Of a stretch of 64,000 nucleotides of DNA, positions 42,499 to 52,702 are shown piece after piece (within the stretch, counting starts at the first letter, position 1; each line of letters starts with the position of its first letter). A program made the translations under genes and the position numbers. The notes below the pieces were generated by a model. The model was not told the origin of the DNA, made no database searches, and saw only the letters and a program-made list of their open reading frames with translations. Source of the stretch: Algibacter sp. (lineage in GTDB: Bacteria; Bacteroidota; Bacteroidia; Flavobacteriales; Flavobacteriaceae); the NCBI GenBank assembly GCA_050294475.1, contig JBNKOE010000005.1, positions 11,176-75,175 on the forward strand. Reading direction: 5' to 3'.

Positions 42499-42530
42499 AT
42501 ATCAAAACGACACTGCAATCATATAACATT

Positions 42531-43114
42531 ATGATAAAATTTAGATTATATACTTTACTAATTTTCATATTAATCCTACAAAATGGATTTGATCAAGGTT
42601 CATTGAAAAAATCATTTCAAGACAAAAACTCATTTAAAATAGCTAAGACAAGGCTGAATGATTTTGGATTAAAGTTTAAAACTCAGGAATCAGAATCTCA
42701 ATTTAAGATAATCTTTAAAGAGAATTCAAAAGTTGATTCTGTAAAGATGTGGAAAAGAATTTAAAACTTGCTTTCACAAAAACTGACCATCCATTAGACG
42801 CCGATTTGCATTTAGCTTTTTCAGTTGCACAAAAAAGAAAAGACACAAAACGGGCTGAACAAATTGCAATCCGATTAGCAAAAGGAGGAGTTCCTTTAAG
42901 ATACTTTAGATATTATAAAAAATCTGATTGGTATGTCAACTTTGTGAAGGATTTTGAAAACTACTCAAATTTTTACAACGAAAATTTCTACCCTGAATTA
43001 AGAGATAAATTTAATTCATTAATAGAAAGAAATATTGAAATTGTTGAGAATGTTTTTGACACTCTATATGAAATTCCGAATAAAGGATTAAGATTAAAAA
43101 ACAAGCTATTTTAA
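42531..43114 (+). pseudogene. Cassette 5: frameshifted exported hypothetical protein
   Basis: ORFs 42531-42764 and 42749-43114 join as ...DSV(K)DVEKNL with a 1-nt shift near 42745; no downstream attC-like site. Confidence 0.65.
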
Positions 43115-43199
43115 GCTAATTTTAAAACAAAGTTTTCATCGTATGGTCTTCCTAATTTTACAATAACAAAGGTCTGTTTTATAAAAACTTAAAATTATT

Positions 43200-44510
43200 T
43201 TACTTCTTACGCATATAAACACTAATAGGAACTCCTTTAAAATTGAAATGCTCACGTAGTTTATTTTCTAAGAAACGTTTATATGGTTCTTTTACATACT
43301 GTGGTAAATTACAGAAAAAAGCAAACTGTGGTTGCGGTGTTGGCAACTGCATGATATATTTAATCTTCACATATTTTGCTTTATATGCAGGCGGTGGATA
43401 ACTTTCTATTATTGGCAAAAAGATTTCGTTAAGCTTACTCGTTTTAATTTTCTTAGAACGGTTTTGGTATACCTCAACAGCTGTTTCAATAGCTTTATAA
43501 ATTCGTTGTTTAGACAATGCCGAAATAAATACAACTGGCACATCTGTAAAAGGTTCCATTTGTTTTTTAATAGCTTTTTCGTATTCTTTAACAGATTTAT
43601 GGTCTTTTTCTACTAAATCCCATTTATTTACTAAAACAACAATCCCTTTTCTGTTACGTTCTGCCAACCAAAAAATGTTTTGTACTTGTCCGTCAAAACC
43701 ACGAGTAGCATCTAACACTATCAAACAAACATCACTATGTTCAATAGCTCGTACACTTCGCATAACCGAATAGAACTCTAAATCTTCTTTTACTTTAGAT
43801 TTTCTACGAATACCTGCAGTATCAACTAAATTAAATTCAAACCCAAAACGATTATATTTTGTATCAATAGAATCACGTGTTGTTCCTGCTATATTGGTAA
43901 CAATGTATCTATCTTCACCAATTAAAGCATTTATAAAAGATGATTTACCTGCATTAGGGCGACCTACAACAGCAAAACGTGGTAAAACTTCAACTTCTTC
44001 TTCCTGTTCTTCATTTTCTGGTAATGCTTCAACAAGCGCATCTAACAATTCTCCTGTACCACTACCATTAATACTTGCAATGGTATAATATTCACCCAAT
44101 CCTAAAGAGTAAAACTCTACAGCATCTTCGGCTCTTTTAGCATTATCTACTTTATTTACAACAAGAAATACAGGTTTACTTACTTTTCTAAGTAATTTAG
44201 CAACATCCTCGTCCATACCTGTTACGCCAGACTCTACATCTACCATAAAAATAATAGCATCGGCTTCATCAATAGCTAATTCTACTTGCTTATCTATTTC
44301 AGCTTCAAAAACATCATCACTTCCTAACACATAACCACCTGTATCTATAAGTGAAAATTCTTTACCGTTCCAATCACTTTTACCATAATGACGGTCTCTA
44401 GTAACTCCACTAACAGCATCAACAATGGCTTCTCTTCGTTGAATTAAACGATTAAAAAACGTTGATTTCCCTACATTTGGTCTTCCTACAATAGCTACTA
44501 TATTACTCAT
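43200..44510 (-). CDS. der: Ribosome biogenesis GTPase Der
   Basis: Two GTPase domains ([17 protein letters not shown]), DTGG/DTAG, KH-like tail. Confidence 0.98.
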   Translation of the reverse strand: MSNIVAIVGRPNVGKSTFFNRLIQRREAIVDAVSGVTRDRHYGKSDWNGKEFSLIDTGGYVLGSDDVFEAEIDKQVELAIDEADAIIFMVDVESGVTGMDEDVAKLLRKVSKPVFLVVNKVDNAKRAEDAVEFYSLGLGEYYTIASINGSGTGELLDALVEALPENEEQEEEVEVLPRFAVVGRPNAGKSSFINALIGEDRYIVTNIAGTTRDSIDTKYNRFGFEFNLVDTAGIRRKSKVKEDLEFYSVMRSVRAIEHSDVCLIVLDATRGFDGQVQNIFWLAERNRKGIVVLVNKWDLVEKDHKSVKEYEKAIKKQMEPFTDVPVVFISALSKQRIYKAIETAVEVYQNRSKKIKTSKLNEIFLPIIESYPPPAYKAKYVKIKYIMQLPTPQPQFAFFCNLPQYVKEPYKRFLENKLREHFNFKGVPISVYMRKK

Positions 44511-44676
44511 ACTCTAATTTATCTAACAGCTTAAAACTGATTAATTTATATTTCTATTTGAAATATTTTGCAAAAATAGAAAATATAAGCGACGAATACC
44601 TGTTTTTTAGTAAAGATTGAAGTGCTTTTGGTTTTAAATAAAAAATAGTACTTTACAATACCAATTAAACACCTAA

Positions 44677-45180
44677 ATGCCAACAACTAACAATATTGTA
44701 TTACGTCCACGATTTAAGCTTGAATTAAACCAGAATAACGACATTATCTTAAAATCTTTTGAATTAGAAAAAACGTTACAATCTGATTTTATAGTTACTA
44801 GAATAGACGACCATGTGTTTATTAAATTCCCTAAACACAAACAACATTTTTGGTCGCCTCAATTACATTTAGAAATTAATGAAGTTGATAAAAACTCTTG
44901 CTTACTGCATGGTTTATTTGGACCTAACCCAACCGTTTGGACGCTTTTTATGTTTCTTCATTTTATGGTAGCAGGTTTATTTATTACATTCGGCATTTGG
45001 GCTTACACCAATGCGTCTTTAAAAAGTAGCTACGCCATACAAGTTAGCCTTATGTTACTAATGGTAGTCGTTTGGTTTGTATTATATTTTGGAGGTAGAA
45101 TAGGAAAAGCATCTAGCAAGAAAGAAATGCATGAATTAAATAATTTTATGCTTCGAGTGTTAAAAAAAAGCTCTGATTGA
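44677..45180 (+). CDS. Conserved hypothetical membrane protein
   Basis: LRPRF, HFWSPQLHLE, GLFGPNPTVWT and two TM helices. Confidence 0.75.
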   Translation: MPTTNNIVLRPRFKLELNQNNDIILKSFELEKTLQSDFIVTRIDDHVFIKFPKHKQHFWSPQLHLEINEVDKNSCLLHGLFGPNPTVWTLFMFLHFMVAGLFITFGIWAYTNASLKSSYAIQVSLMLLMVVVWFVLYFGGRIGKASSKKEMHELNNFMLRVLKKSSD

Positions 45181-45200
45181 AAAAACCAATCAAAGCTTCT
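45162..45200 (-). terminator. Intrinsic terminator (era side)
   Basis: Minus strand AGCTTTGATTG-N7-CAATCAGAGCT followed by a T run. Confidence 0.65.
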
Positions 45201-45313
45201 AAAACTAAACTAACTCAATACTAACTATATTTCTCTTAGCAAAAATGCAACATCATAATTACCTAGATGTTAGCTAATATTTAAACTAGTATTATCTTTT
45301 GTTAAAATGAGTT

Positions 45314-46195
45314 CTAATTATTATAACCAAAACGTTTTAATTGGTTTTGATTACTTCTCCAGTTTTTATTCACTTTTACATATAACTCTAAGTGAATTTG
45401 TTTTCCGAAGAATTTTTCTAAATCTTTTCTAGCTTCTACACCTACGCGCTTTAAAGCACTTCCTTTATGCCCAATAATTATACCTTTTTGAGTTTCTCGT
45501 TCTACCATAATTACCGAACGAATTCTAATAATAGTATCTTCTTCAAAAAACTCCTCGGTTTCTATTTCTACGGCATAAGGAATTTCTTTTTTATAATGTA
45601 TTAGAATTTTTTCACGAATGGTTTCGTTTATAAAAAAACGTTCTGGCTTATCTGTTAATTGGTCTTTCGGATAAAATGCTGGCGATTCTGGTAACAACTC
45701 GATAATTCTATTAAACACTTCTTTTACCTGAAAGCCTTCTAACGCAGAAATTGCTATAATCTCAGCATTTGGCACTTTCTCTGCCCAAAGCTGTACTTGT
45801 TCTTCAAGTTGACCTTGATCTGATTTATCAATTTTATTTAAAAGTAATAAAACAGGTATTTTAGAACTTGTTATTTTATTAAAAAAGGCTTCATCTTTTA
45901 ATGCTTGCTCTCCTATTTCAACCATGTAAAGTAAAATATCAGCATCTTCAAAAGCCGACTTTACAAAACCCATCATAGACTCCTGCAACTCGTATGCAGG
46001 TTTTATAATACCTGGTGTGTCACTAAAAAGCACCTGAAAATCATCACCATTTACAATACCTAATATTCTATGACGTGTTGTTTGCGCTTTTGAAGTTATA
46101 ATTGATAATTTTTCTCCAATAAACGCATTCATCAAAGTAGATTTTCCAACATTAGGATTTCCAATAATATTTACAAAACCAGCTTTATGACTCAT
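45314..46195 (-). CDS. era: GTPase Era
   Basis: GNPNVGKSTL, AQTTRHRI, DTPG, EIPY, KH domain IIGHKG. Confidence 0.98.
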   Translation of the reverse strand: MSHKAGFVNIIGNPNVGKSTLMNAFIGEKLSIITSKAQTTRHRILGIVNGDDFQVLFSDTPGIIKPAYELQESMMGFVKSAFEDADILLYMVEIGEQALKDEAFFNKITSSKIPVLLLLNKIDKSDQGQLEEQVQLWAEKVPNAEIIAISALEGFQVKEVFNRIIELLPESPAFYPKDQLTDKPERFFINETIREKILIHYKKEIPYAVEIETEEFFEEDTIIRIRSVIMVERETQKGIIIGHKGSALKRVGVEARKDLEKFFGKQIHLELYVKVNKNWRSNQNQLKRFGYNN

Positions 46196-46511
46196 ATTTT
46201 TTTAAATTAATTAAGACTGCAAAGTTACAACCTTGGTTTCTTATTTACACTATGCTACAGTTTTAAACAAAAATCACTTTTAATTACACCTGTTCTGATG
46301 TGAAATTACACATTAAAAATAGTGTTGTTTTTTATTTAGATGAAACAGAAAATTCAAAAATAACCATAGCTATTGTTTCATTTTATGTTAAAACATAGTC
46401 AAAAAAAAAAGCCATTTTATTGATTTATTTTACGTTATAAATGATATATACCTAACAAAAGTCATATTTATTACCACTTTTGATTTTTATTTTTACCTAA
46501 ATTATAAAACT

Positions 46512-46655
46512 ATGCTAACTCAAAACATATCGCTTTATAGCTGGACTAATGGAGCAATTATGATTGCTGTATTCGGAATTGTTTGCCTAACACTAATTGG
46601 CTTCCTTATTAAATTTATGCTAGGTGGCAAGAAAAAAGAAAATCCCGAAGAATAA
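46512..46655 (+). CDS. Small single-pass membrane protein (47 aa, absent from the ORF track)
   Basis: Manual translation MLTQNISLYSWTNGAIMIAVFGIVCLTLIGFLIKFMLGGKKKENPEE; A-rich leader, TM helix, positive-inside tail. Confidence 0.65.
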   Translation: MLTQNISLYSWTNGAIMIAVFGIVCLTLIGFLIKFMLGGKKKENPEE

Positions 46656-46671
46656 TTTAATTTTTTTAAGC

Positions 46672-46735
46672 AAAAGAGACTGTCTGATAAGCTATTCCAA
46701 CTTAACAACTAACCCCTCAAACAGTCTCTTTTTTA
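46672..46735. terminator. Hairpin/terminator between convergent genes
   Basis: AAAAGAGACTGT-N37-ACAGTCTCTTTT. Confidence 0.6.
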
Positions 46736-46737
46736 TT

Positions 46738-48840
46738 CTAAAACTTCTTTTGTAAAAATACAGTTATATTTCTTCCTGCTTCATTAATAGGTACTCTACC
46801 AAAATTGGCTTGATTATTAAATGAAAAGTTTAAATGATCGTGATACGTTTCATCAAACACATTTAAAACCGCCACTCCTAAAGACACATTATAAAAAGGC
46901 TTTACACCCAAACGAAGGTCTAAAGTTTGATAACCATCTGTTTGTGTTTCTCCAAAAGTTTTAGAAATATTATCCTGTTTACTCACCATATTATAGCGTG
47001 CATTTGCCCAAAACTTTGTTTTTTCAAAACCAGCTGAAAGCGTTACTTTTAATGGAGGTGTTAGTGGTAACGATTCATTAAAATCTTTATTTTTAGCATA
47101 CACATAAGTCGCTTCTGTTTTAAAATAATAATCCTTTAAAAAATCTAATTGTGCCATAATTTCAAAACCTGTTTTATATGCTTCATCTATATTTTGAAAC
47201 ACTTTTGGATGCACAGGTTGTTGCATAGGCATATATTTTCTATTTAAACTAGCATCTTCAACTGCAACTATATAATTATCAAAAAATGAATAGTAAAAAG
47301 ACGTTTCATATTTAAAGGTATTGAAACTTCCATTTAAATCTTTATGTCCTTTAAAACCAATTTCAAACTGATTATTAACTTCGGCTTTTAAATTAGGATT
47401 CCCAATATATTCGTATGAATCTTGCCCAACAGTAAAGTGATTAATATAACGTTCAATCATATTTGCAGAACGCACACCTCGACCATAAGCAGCTTCTAGT
47501 GTAAAATTATCAGACACCATTTTTTTAATAGAAACAGTAGTGCTTATGTTTTCTTCGGTACGTTTATTTAAGTTGTACATCGCTTCAAAATCTGCTTCAG
47601 GATCTTTAATATCAGACGTTACAATATCGGCACGTATTCCTGCTGTTACAACAGTTGACTTATTTACAGACCATTTAGCTTCAGTAAATACACCAATATC
47701 ATCTATGTATGAATCTTGCCACACTTTATCATTAAACACTCTTGGTGTTGGTAACATATTACCATTCATAATTTTTACCAATCTTTCTCTACCACCGTCT
47801 CTAGCAATGTGCAATACATCAAGTCCAGAAAATAAGTTAAGCTTTTTTAAAGGTTTCCAATTTAGTTCTAGCTTACCTCCTATTGTTGTCGCTTCCACTG
47901 CCGATTCTGCTTCAACCATCATAAATGTAGGTCTGTTGTTATTAGTCATTAAATGGTCTACATAACTATAATAAGCTTTAGCTGTTATCGATTTAAAAAC
48001 ATCTCCCAACATATCCCATTTATAATCTAACGACAAAATACTGCTATTGTCATAGTCGGTATCCATTGGCAAGCCTGCATGCAACACATCTCTACCAAAA
48101 GATTGTCTCCAATGTGCTTGTAAACGTTGATTATCTGCAAAATTATAACCCATTTTAATTCCGTAATCCGTACTTCGGAATGAAGAAGGGATTTCTGCTT
48201 GGTTGCCATCTTCATAATTACCAAAGTCTCTGTAGCCCATATTACCTACAATATCATAACTTTTTGTTACTTGTTGTAGCTGCAACATGGTTACATACGA
48301 ATTTCCGTTAGACTCATAACCTCCAGACACTTTACCATGAAAGCCTGTATTTTCAGAATTAGGCTTATCGGTTACCATGTTAATAATACCACCAAATGTA
48401 GCTCCATGACGCACTGTATAAGGTCCTTTAATAATTTCTATTTTTGAAATTTCTTCTGGAATTATATGTGTTGTAATAGGATCCATCCTATTTGGACACG
48501 CATGCATTGCCTTTGTGCCACCATCATATTGAATGTTTAATTGTTCGTATTGTGATGCTCTAAATGAAGGATCGATAGCATAATTACCTCGTTTTATAAC
48601 CGAAAAACCGTTGATATTATCAAATAAATCGGCTACATTTTTAGGTTGAACAATATTTTTTTGATAATCGTTTGAAACTTTAGTAAGAACTGGGTCTGTA
48701 CTAGAATTTCCTTTTACTAAAACTTCATCAAGTTGTAACGTTTTTGGGGCAATCGTATCTGTAGCCTTATCTTTTTTTTCTTGAGAAAAAGACAAAGCAT
48801 AAATAAGCATGCAACAAAGCACACTGTAAAATGTTCTCAT
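46738..48840 (-). CDS. TonB-dependent receptor, OprC/NosA-like copper transporter
   Basis: Plug HACPNRMDP (CxxxM) and VDHLM (HxM); IEIIKGP; EAGRNI..F C-terminus. Confidence 0.82.
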   Translation of the reverse strand: MRTFYSVLCCMLIYALSFSQEKKDKATDTIAPKTLQLDEVLVKGNSSTDPVLTKVSNDYQKNIVQPKNVADLFDNINGFSVIKRGNYAIDPSFRASQYEQLNIQYDGGTKAMHACPNRMDPITTHIIPEEISKIEIIKGPYTVRHGATFGGIINMVTDKPNSENTGFHGKVSGGYESNGNSYVTMLQLQQVTKSYDIVGNMGYRDFGNYEDGNQAEIPSSFRSTDYGIKMGYNFADNQRLQAHWRQSFGRDVLHAGLPMDTDYDNSSILSLDYKWDMLGDVFKSITAKAYYSYVDHLMTNNNRPTFMMVEAESAVEATTIGGKLELNWKPLKKLNLFSGLDVLHIARDGGRERLVKIMNGNMLPTPRVFNDKVWQDSYIDDIGVFTEAKWSVNKSTVVTAGIRADIVTSDIKDPEADFEAMYNLNKRTEENISTTVSIKKMVSDNFTLEAAYGRGVRSANMIERYINHFTVGQDSYEYIGNPNLKAEVNNQFEIGFKGHKDLNGSFNTFKYETSFYYSFFDNYIVAVEDASLNRKYMPMQQPVHPKVFQNIDEAYKTGFEIMAQLDFLKDYYFKTEATYVYAKNKDFNESLPLTPPLKVTLSAGFEKTKFWANARYNMVSKQDNISKTFGETQTDGYQTLDLRLGVKPFYNVSLGVAVLNVFDETYHDHLNFSFNNQANFGRVPINEAGRNITVFLQKKF

Positions 48841-48884
48841 TTTTTTTGTTTAAAATTGAAATAAATAGATTTTCAGAAGCTTAC

Positions 48885-49298
48885 TTAAGCCTCTGTATTT
48901 TTAATTTTATTATGTGAGAACAAAAATTGTGGTGGATGATCTAATTTGGGAATTAACAAATAAGCATATAAATTATTATAGGTGCTTATGTCCTTTTTTT
49001 TAACTGTAGTATTTATAAAACTGAATTTTGTTTGACTAACTATATATAAAATGACTTCCTTAAAATCTATTTCTTTAAAAGGTACTTTATCATTATCGGT
49101 ATTATTGTTTTGAGCAACTTCTTTTAAATGACATTTACCATTACACTGCATTTCTGGTTTGTCTTTGTTTTCACAAAGTCTTTCAATAAAACCAGCTGTA
49201 TCTACATAGTAATAAGCATACGTAATAGAAATACGCATGCTATTAAACAAAATAATTGCAATTAAAAATAAGGATAATATGGAAGACACTATTTTCAC
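48885..49298 (-). CDS. Cys-motif membrane/exported protein, candidate metal-sensing leader
   Basis: Hydrophobic N-terminus, CENKDKPEMQCNGKCHL, late DHPP. Confidence 0.7.
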   Translation of the reverse strand: MKIVSSILSLFLIAIILFNSMRISITYAYYYVDTAGFIERLCENKDKPEMQCNGKCHLKEVAQNNNTDNDKVPFKEIDFKEVILYIVSQTKFSFINTTVKKKDISTYNNLYAYLLIPKLDHPPQFLFSHNKIKNTEA

Positions 49299-49411
49299 TG
49301 GTACAAAAATAAAACTTCTAAACTATATGAATGTAATATTTATCACTCTAATCTCCCGTTTTTTTTAATATTTATAATTCTATTACAAAAAGGCTTCTTT
49401 ATAAAACAAAG

Positions 49412-49443
49412 AAAAGGCAAGAAATTAAAATTCCTTGCCTTTA
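49412..49443. terminator. Intrinsic terminator downstream of the FKBP gene
   Basis: AAAAGGCAAG-N12-CTTGCCTTTT. Confidence 0.7.
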
Positions 49444-49468
49444 TATTTCACCTAAGTAAATAAAAACC

Positions 49469-50191
49469 TTACTTAACTATTTCTAATAATTCAACTTCAA
49501 AAACTAATGGAGAAAAAGGTTTAATTTTCCCTCCTCTAGGAGTTGCTCCATAAGCTAATTCTTGAGGAATAAAAAATTTATATTTAGAACCAACTGGCAT
49601 TAATTGTAAACCTTCTGTCCATCCTTTTATAACTTGGCTTACACCAAATTGAGCAGGAGTACCTCTATCTACAGAGCTATCAAAAACAGTTCCATCTGTT
49701 AATGTGCCATGGTAATGTACTTTCACAGTAGAAGTTGCTGTTGGTTTTTCTCCTGTTCCTTGTTTTAAAACAATGTATTGTAAACCACTTTCTGTAATTT
49801 CAACTCCTTCTTTAGTCATATTATCTTCTAAAAACTTCTCACCTGCAACTTTTACATCCGCAAATTGCTCTTCCGCTCTTTTAATAGCTTCTGCTTGTTG
49901 TTTTTCTCTATCTGCAAGTTGTTTCTTTTGAAAATATGAAGTAATTATTTGCTGTACTTTATCTTTTTCAATTTTTAAAGCTGTAGAATCTGAAGCATCT
50001 ACAAGTCCTTGTATTAAAATATCCTTATCAAGTTCTGTAGCTGTTGTACTTATATTTTTTGCAACATCCATTCCAATAGCATAACTTACTGAATCAGTTT
50101 CAGTTTTTAAAGGTTTATTTGTAATGCCTTTGTTGCATGATGACATAATTATTGCCACAAGTACGATACTTAAAATTTTCATTGTTTTCAT
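49469..50191 (-). CDS. FKBP-type peptidyl-prolyl isomerase (FklB/FkpA-like lipoprotein)
   Basis: SYAIG, SGLQY, VHYHGTLTDGTVFDSS, VIKGWTEGLQLM, IP.ELAYG. Confidence 0.94.
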   Translation of the reverse strand: MKTMKILSIVLVAIIMSSCNKGITNKPLKTETDSVSYAIGMDVAKNISTTATELDKDILIQGLVDASDSTALKIEKDKVQQIITSYFQKKQLADREKQQAEAIKRAEEQFADVKVAGEKFLEDNMTKEGVEITESGLQYIVLKQGTGEKPTATSTVKVHYHGTLTDGTVFDSSVDRGTPAQFGVSQVIKGWTEGLQLMPVGSKYKFFIPQELAYGATPRGGKIKPFSPLVFEVELLEIVK

Positions 50192-50538
50192 TTCTTTAGT
50201 TTAAATTATTCCGAAGCCAAAAGTAGCAAAATAAAACTCAGAATAAAAATGGATAGATATACTATTTTTATTAACGTAAATATCTAGAAAATAGGTTCTA
50301 TTTCTACTTTATCAATAACAGATAAGCTTAGAACTTTATTCTTTAATTCTGTTACTGCAAGTTTGACTATTTCTGTAGCCCCTAAACTTCTTCAATTAAC
50401 AGCTCTATTATCAATAACTACATTTTCTTTAAAAAACATAAAATATCCATATAAATGAATAAATAATCCTTTAAGATAGACCTCATAAATTTTAACTTGC
50501 ACATTATTTACTATCATAACAATAAAGCACAAAACCAA

Positions 50539-52452
50539 ATGATTAAAGATGGTATAAGTTACAAAGAAGCAGGAAAATTTGAAGAAACTCGATTCGAAAA
50601 AATACATAATGTAATTTTTGACTCATCGCTTGAGGCATCTATTTTAGTTGCTCAAGAAATAGCAAACTTAATTAAAAAAAAACAAGAACTAAATGAAATT
50701 TGTGTCTTGGGTTTAGCTACAGGTTCTTCTCCAATAAAAGTTTATGAAGAGCTTGTAAGAATGCACAAAGAAGATGGTTTAAGTTTTAATAATGTAGTGA
50801 CCTTTAATTTAGATGAATACTACCCAATGGATAAGGATAATATTCAAAGTTACTTTTATTTTATGCATGACCACCTTTTTAATCATGTAGATATATTACC
50901 CGAAAACATTAATATTCCTGATGGAAAAGTAAGCGCCGAAGAATTACAACAGTATTGTATAAACTACGAAAATAAAATTAAATCTTATGGCGGATTAGAT
51001 TTTCAACTATTAGGTATAGGAAGAACAGGTCACATCGGATTTAATGAACCAGGATCTCATGTCAATTCTGGAACCAGAAGCATCACATTAGATCATATTA
51101 CCCGTATAGATGCAGCCCCTTCTTTTTTAGGCATAGATAACGTACCTAGAAAAGCCATAACTATGGGCATAGGAACTGTAAAACAAGCCAAAAGAATTGT
51201 TTTACTTGGCTGGGGAATTAGTAAAGCCCAAATATTAAAGGAAACTATAGAAGGAGAAGTTTCGTCTCAAGTTCCTGCAACATACTTACAAGAGCATAAT
51301 AACACAACTTTTGTTTTAGATAGTGATGCTTCATCAGAACTTACTAGAGTAAAAACACCTTGGCTTGTTAAATCTTGTGTATGGACAGATGAATTAAAAC
51401 TAAAAGCTGTTGTTTGGTTAAGTGAATTAACCAACAAACCATTCCTTAAGCTTACAGATAAAGATTATAATGACAACGGAATGGCTAGCCTTTTAACCGA
51501 AGAAGGTACTGCTTACGATTTAAACATTAAAATGTTTAATAAGCTACAACATACTATTACTGGTTGGCCAGGTGGAAAACCAAATGCCGACGACACATAC
51601 AGACCAGAACGTTGTATGCCTGCAAAGAAAAGAGTCATTATTTTTAGTCCACACCCAGATGATGATGTTATTTCTATGGGTGGCACTTTTGACAGACTTA
51701 TTGAACAAGGACACGAAGTTCATGTAGCCTATCAAACCTCAGGAAACATAGCCGTTTCTAATGAGGAAGCCTTAAAATTTGCAGAAATATCTATAGCATT
51801 AAATGCTGAATCAATTAAATCTAAGGAAATTATAAATTTTTTAAAGAATAAATCTGAAAATGATATTGATTCTATTGAAGTTAGAAAACTAAAAGGTTTA
51901 ATTAGAAGAAGTGAATCATTAGCTGCAACTAGATATTTAGGACTACCTGATGAAAATGTTCACTTTTTAGATCTTCCTTTTTACGAAACAGGAACCGTAA
52001 AAAAAAGTAACCTTTCTGAAGTCGACATTAAAATCATGTGCGATATTATTGAAGAGATAAAACCACATCAAATATATGCTGCAGGAGATTTAGCAGACCC
52101 ACATGGTACGCATAAAGTTTGTTTAGATAGTTTATTTGAAGCATTAAAAATACTAAAACCTAAGCCTTATATGAATGATTGTTGGGTATGGCTATACCGT
52201 GGTGCATGGCACGAATGGGAGTCATCACAAATAGAAATGGCAGTTCCTATGAGTCCCGATCAAGTGCTTAAAAAGCGTCATGCTATTTTCTATCACCAAT
52301 CTCAAAAAGACGGTGTTATGTTTCAAGGAGACGATTCCAGAGAATTTTGGGTACGTGTTGAAGACAGAAACAGGTTAACAGCAAAAAAATATAATGATTT
52401 AGGGTTAGCAGAATATGCAGCCATTGAAGCTTTCAAAAGGTATCATTTTTAA
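50539..52452 (+). CDS. nagB: Glucosamine-6-phosphate deaminase with C-terminal PIG-L-like deacetylase domain
   Basis: LGLATGSSP, FNLDEY, LGIGRTGHIGFNEPGS; second domain FSPHPDDD..SMGG. Confidence 0.93.
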   Translation: MIKDGISYKEAGKFEETRFEKIHNVIFDSSLEASILVAQEIANLIKKKQELNEICVLGLATGSSPIKVYEELVRMHKEDGLSFNNVVTFNLDEYYPMDKDNIQSYFYFMHDHLFNHVDILPENINIPDGKVSAEELQQYCINYENKIKSYGGLDFQLLGIGRTGHIGFNEPGSHVNSGTRSITLDHITRIDAAPSFLGIDNVPRKAITMGIGTVKQAKRIVLLGWGISKAQILKETIEGEVSSQVPATYLQEHNNTTFVLDSDASSELTRVKTPWLVKSCVWTDELKLKAVVWLSELTNKPFLKLTDKDYNDNGMASLLTEEGTAYDLNIKMFNKLQHTITGWPGGKPNADDTYRPERCMPAKKRVIIFSPHPDDDVISMGGTFDRLIEQGHEVHVAYQTSGNIAVSNEEALKFAEISIALNAESIKSKEIINFLKNKSENDIDSIEVRKLKGLIRRSESLAATRYLGLPDENVHFLDLPFYETGTVKKSNLSEVDIKIMCDIIEEIKPHQIYAAGDLADPHGTHKVCLDSLFEALKILKPKPYMNDCWVWLYRGAWHEWESSQIEMAVPMSPDQVLKKRHAIFYHQSQKDGVMFQGDDSREFWVRVEDRNRLTAKKYNDLGLAEYAAIEAFKRYHF

Positions 52453-52513
52453 AAAAATATTTAAATTTTGATTAATAACACAATATTTGTTTAGTTGATT
52501 TTTTTGGTTATTG

Positions 52514-52553
52514 ATGGTTATCGCCTTTAATAGACGATAGCCATTAATTTTTT
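52514..52553 (+). terminator. Intrinsic terminator
   Basis: ATGGTTATCG-N11-CGATAGCCAT followed by a T run. Confidence 0.6.
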
Positions 52554-52702
52554 GCTCCAATAGAAAATAGACATAAAAAATGAGAATGTTTTTTTATAGC
52601 TTCTAATATTAATGATAAATTAGAATAGTTTAAATTGCTTCATAATTAATTGAAAAATAAAATACTTAAAAACAAGTAAGGTTGTTATAAAAACCAATTC
52701 AT

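Larger units (their letters stand above)
37947..43114 (+). mobile_element. Integrase-less array of integron-like cassettes (CALIN-like)
   Basis: Five co-oriented single ORFs separated by related imperfect hairpins with AAC...GTT cores; lies between convergent host genes. Confidence 0.82.

Noticed and set aside
43115-43199. attC-like site after cassette 5
   Set aside because: No core complementary to TTATGTTTC and no hairpin could be found.
50539-52452. NagB fused to a deacetylase-like domain as a novelty
   Set aside because: This long form is a known, common Bacteroidota architecture.
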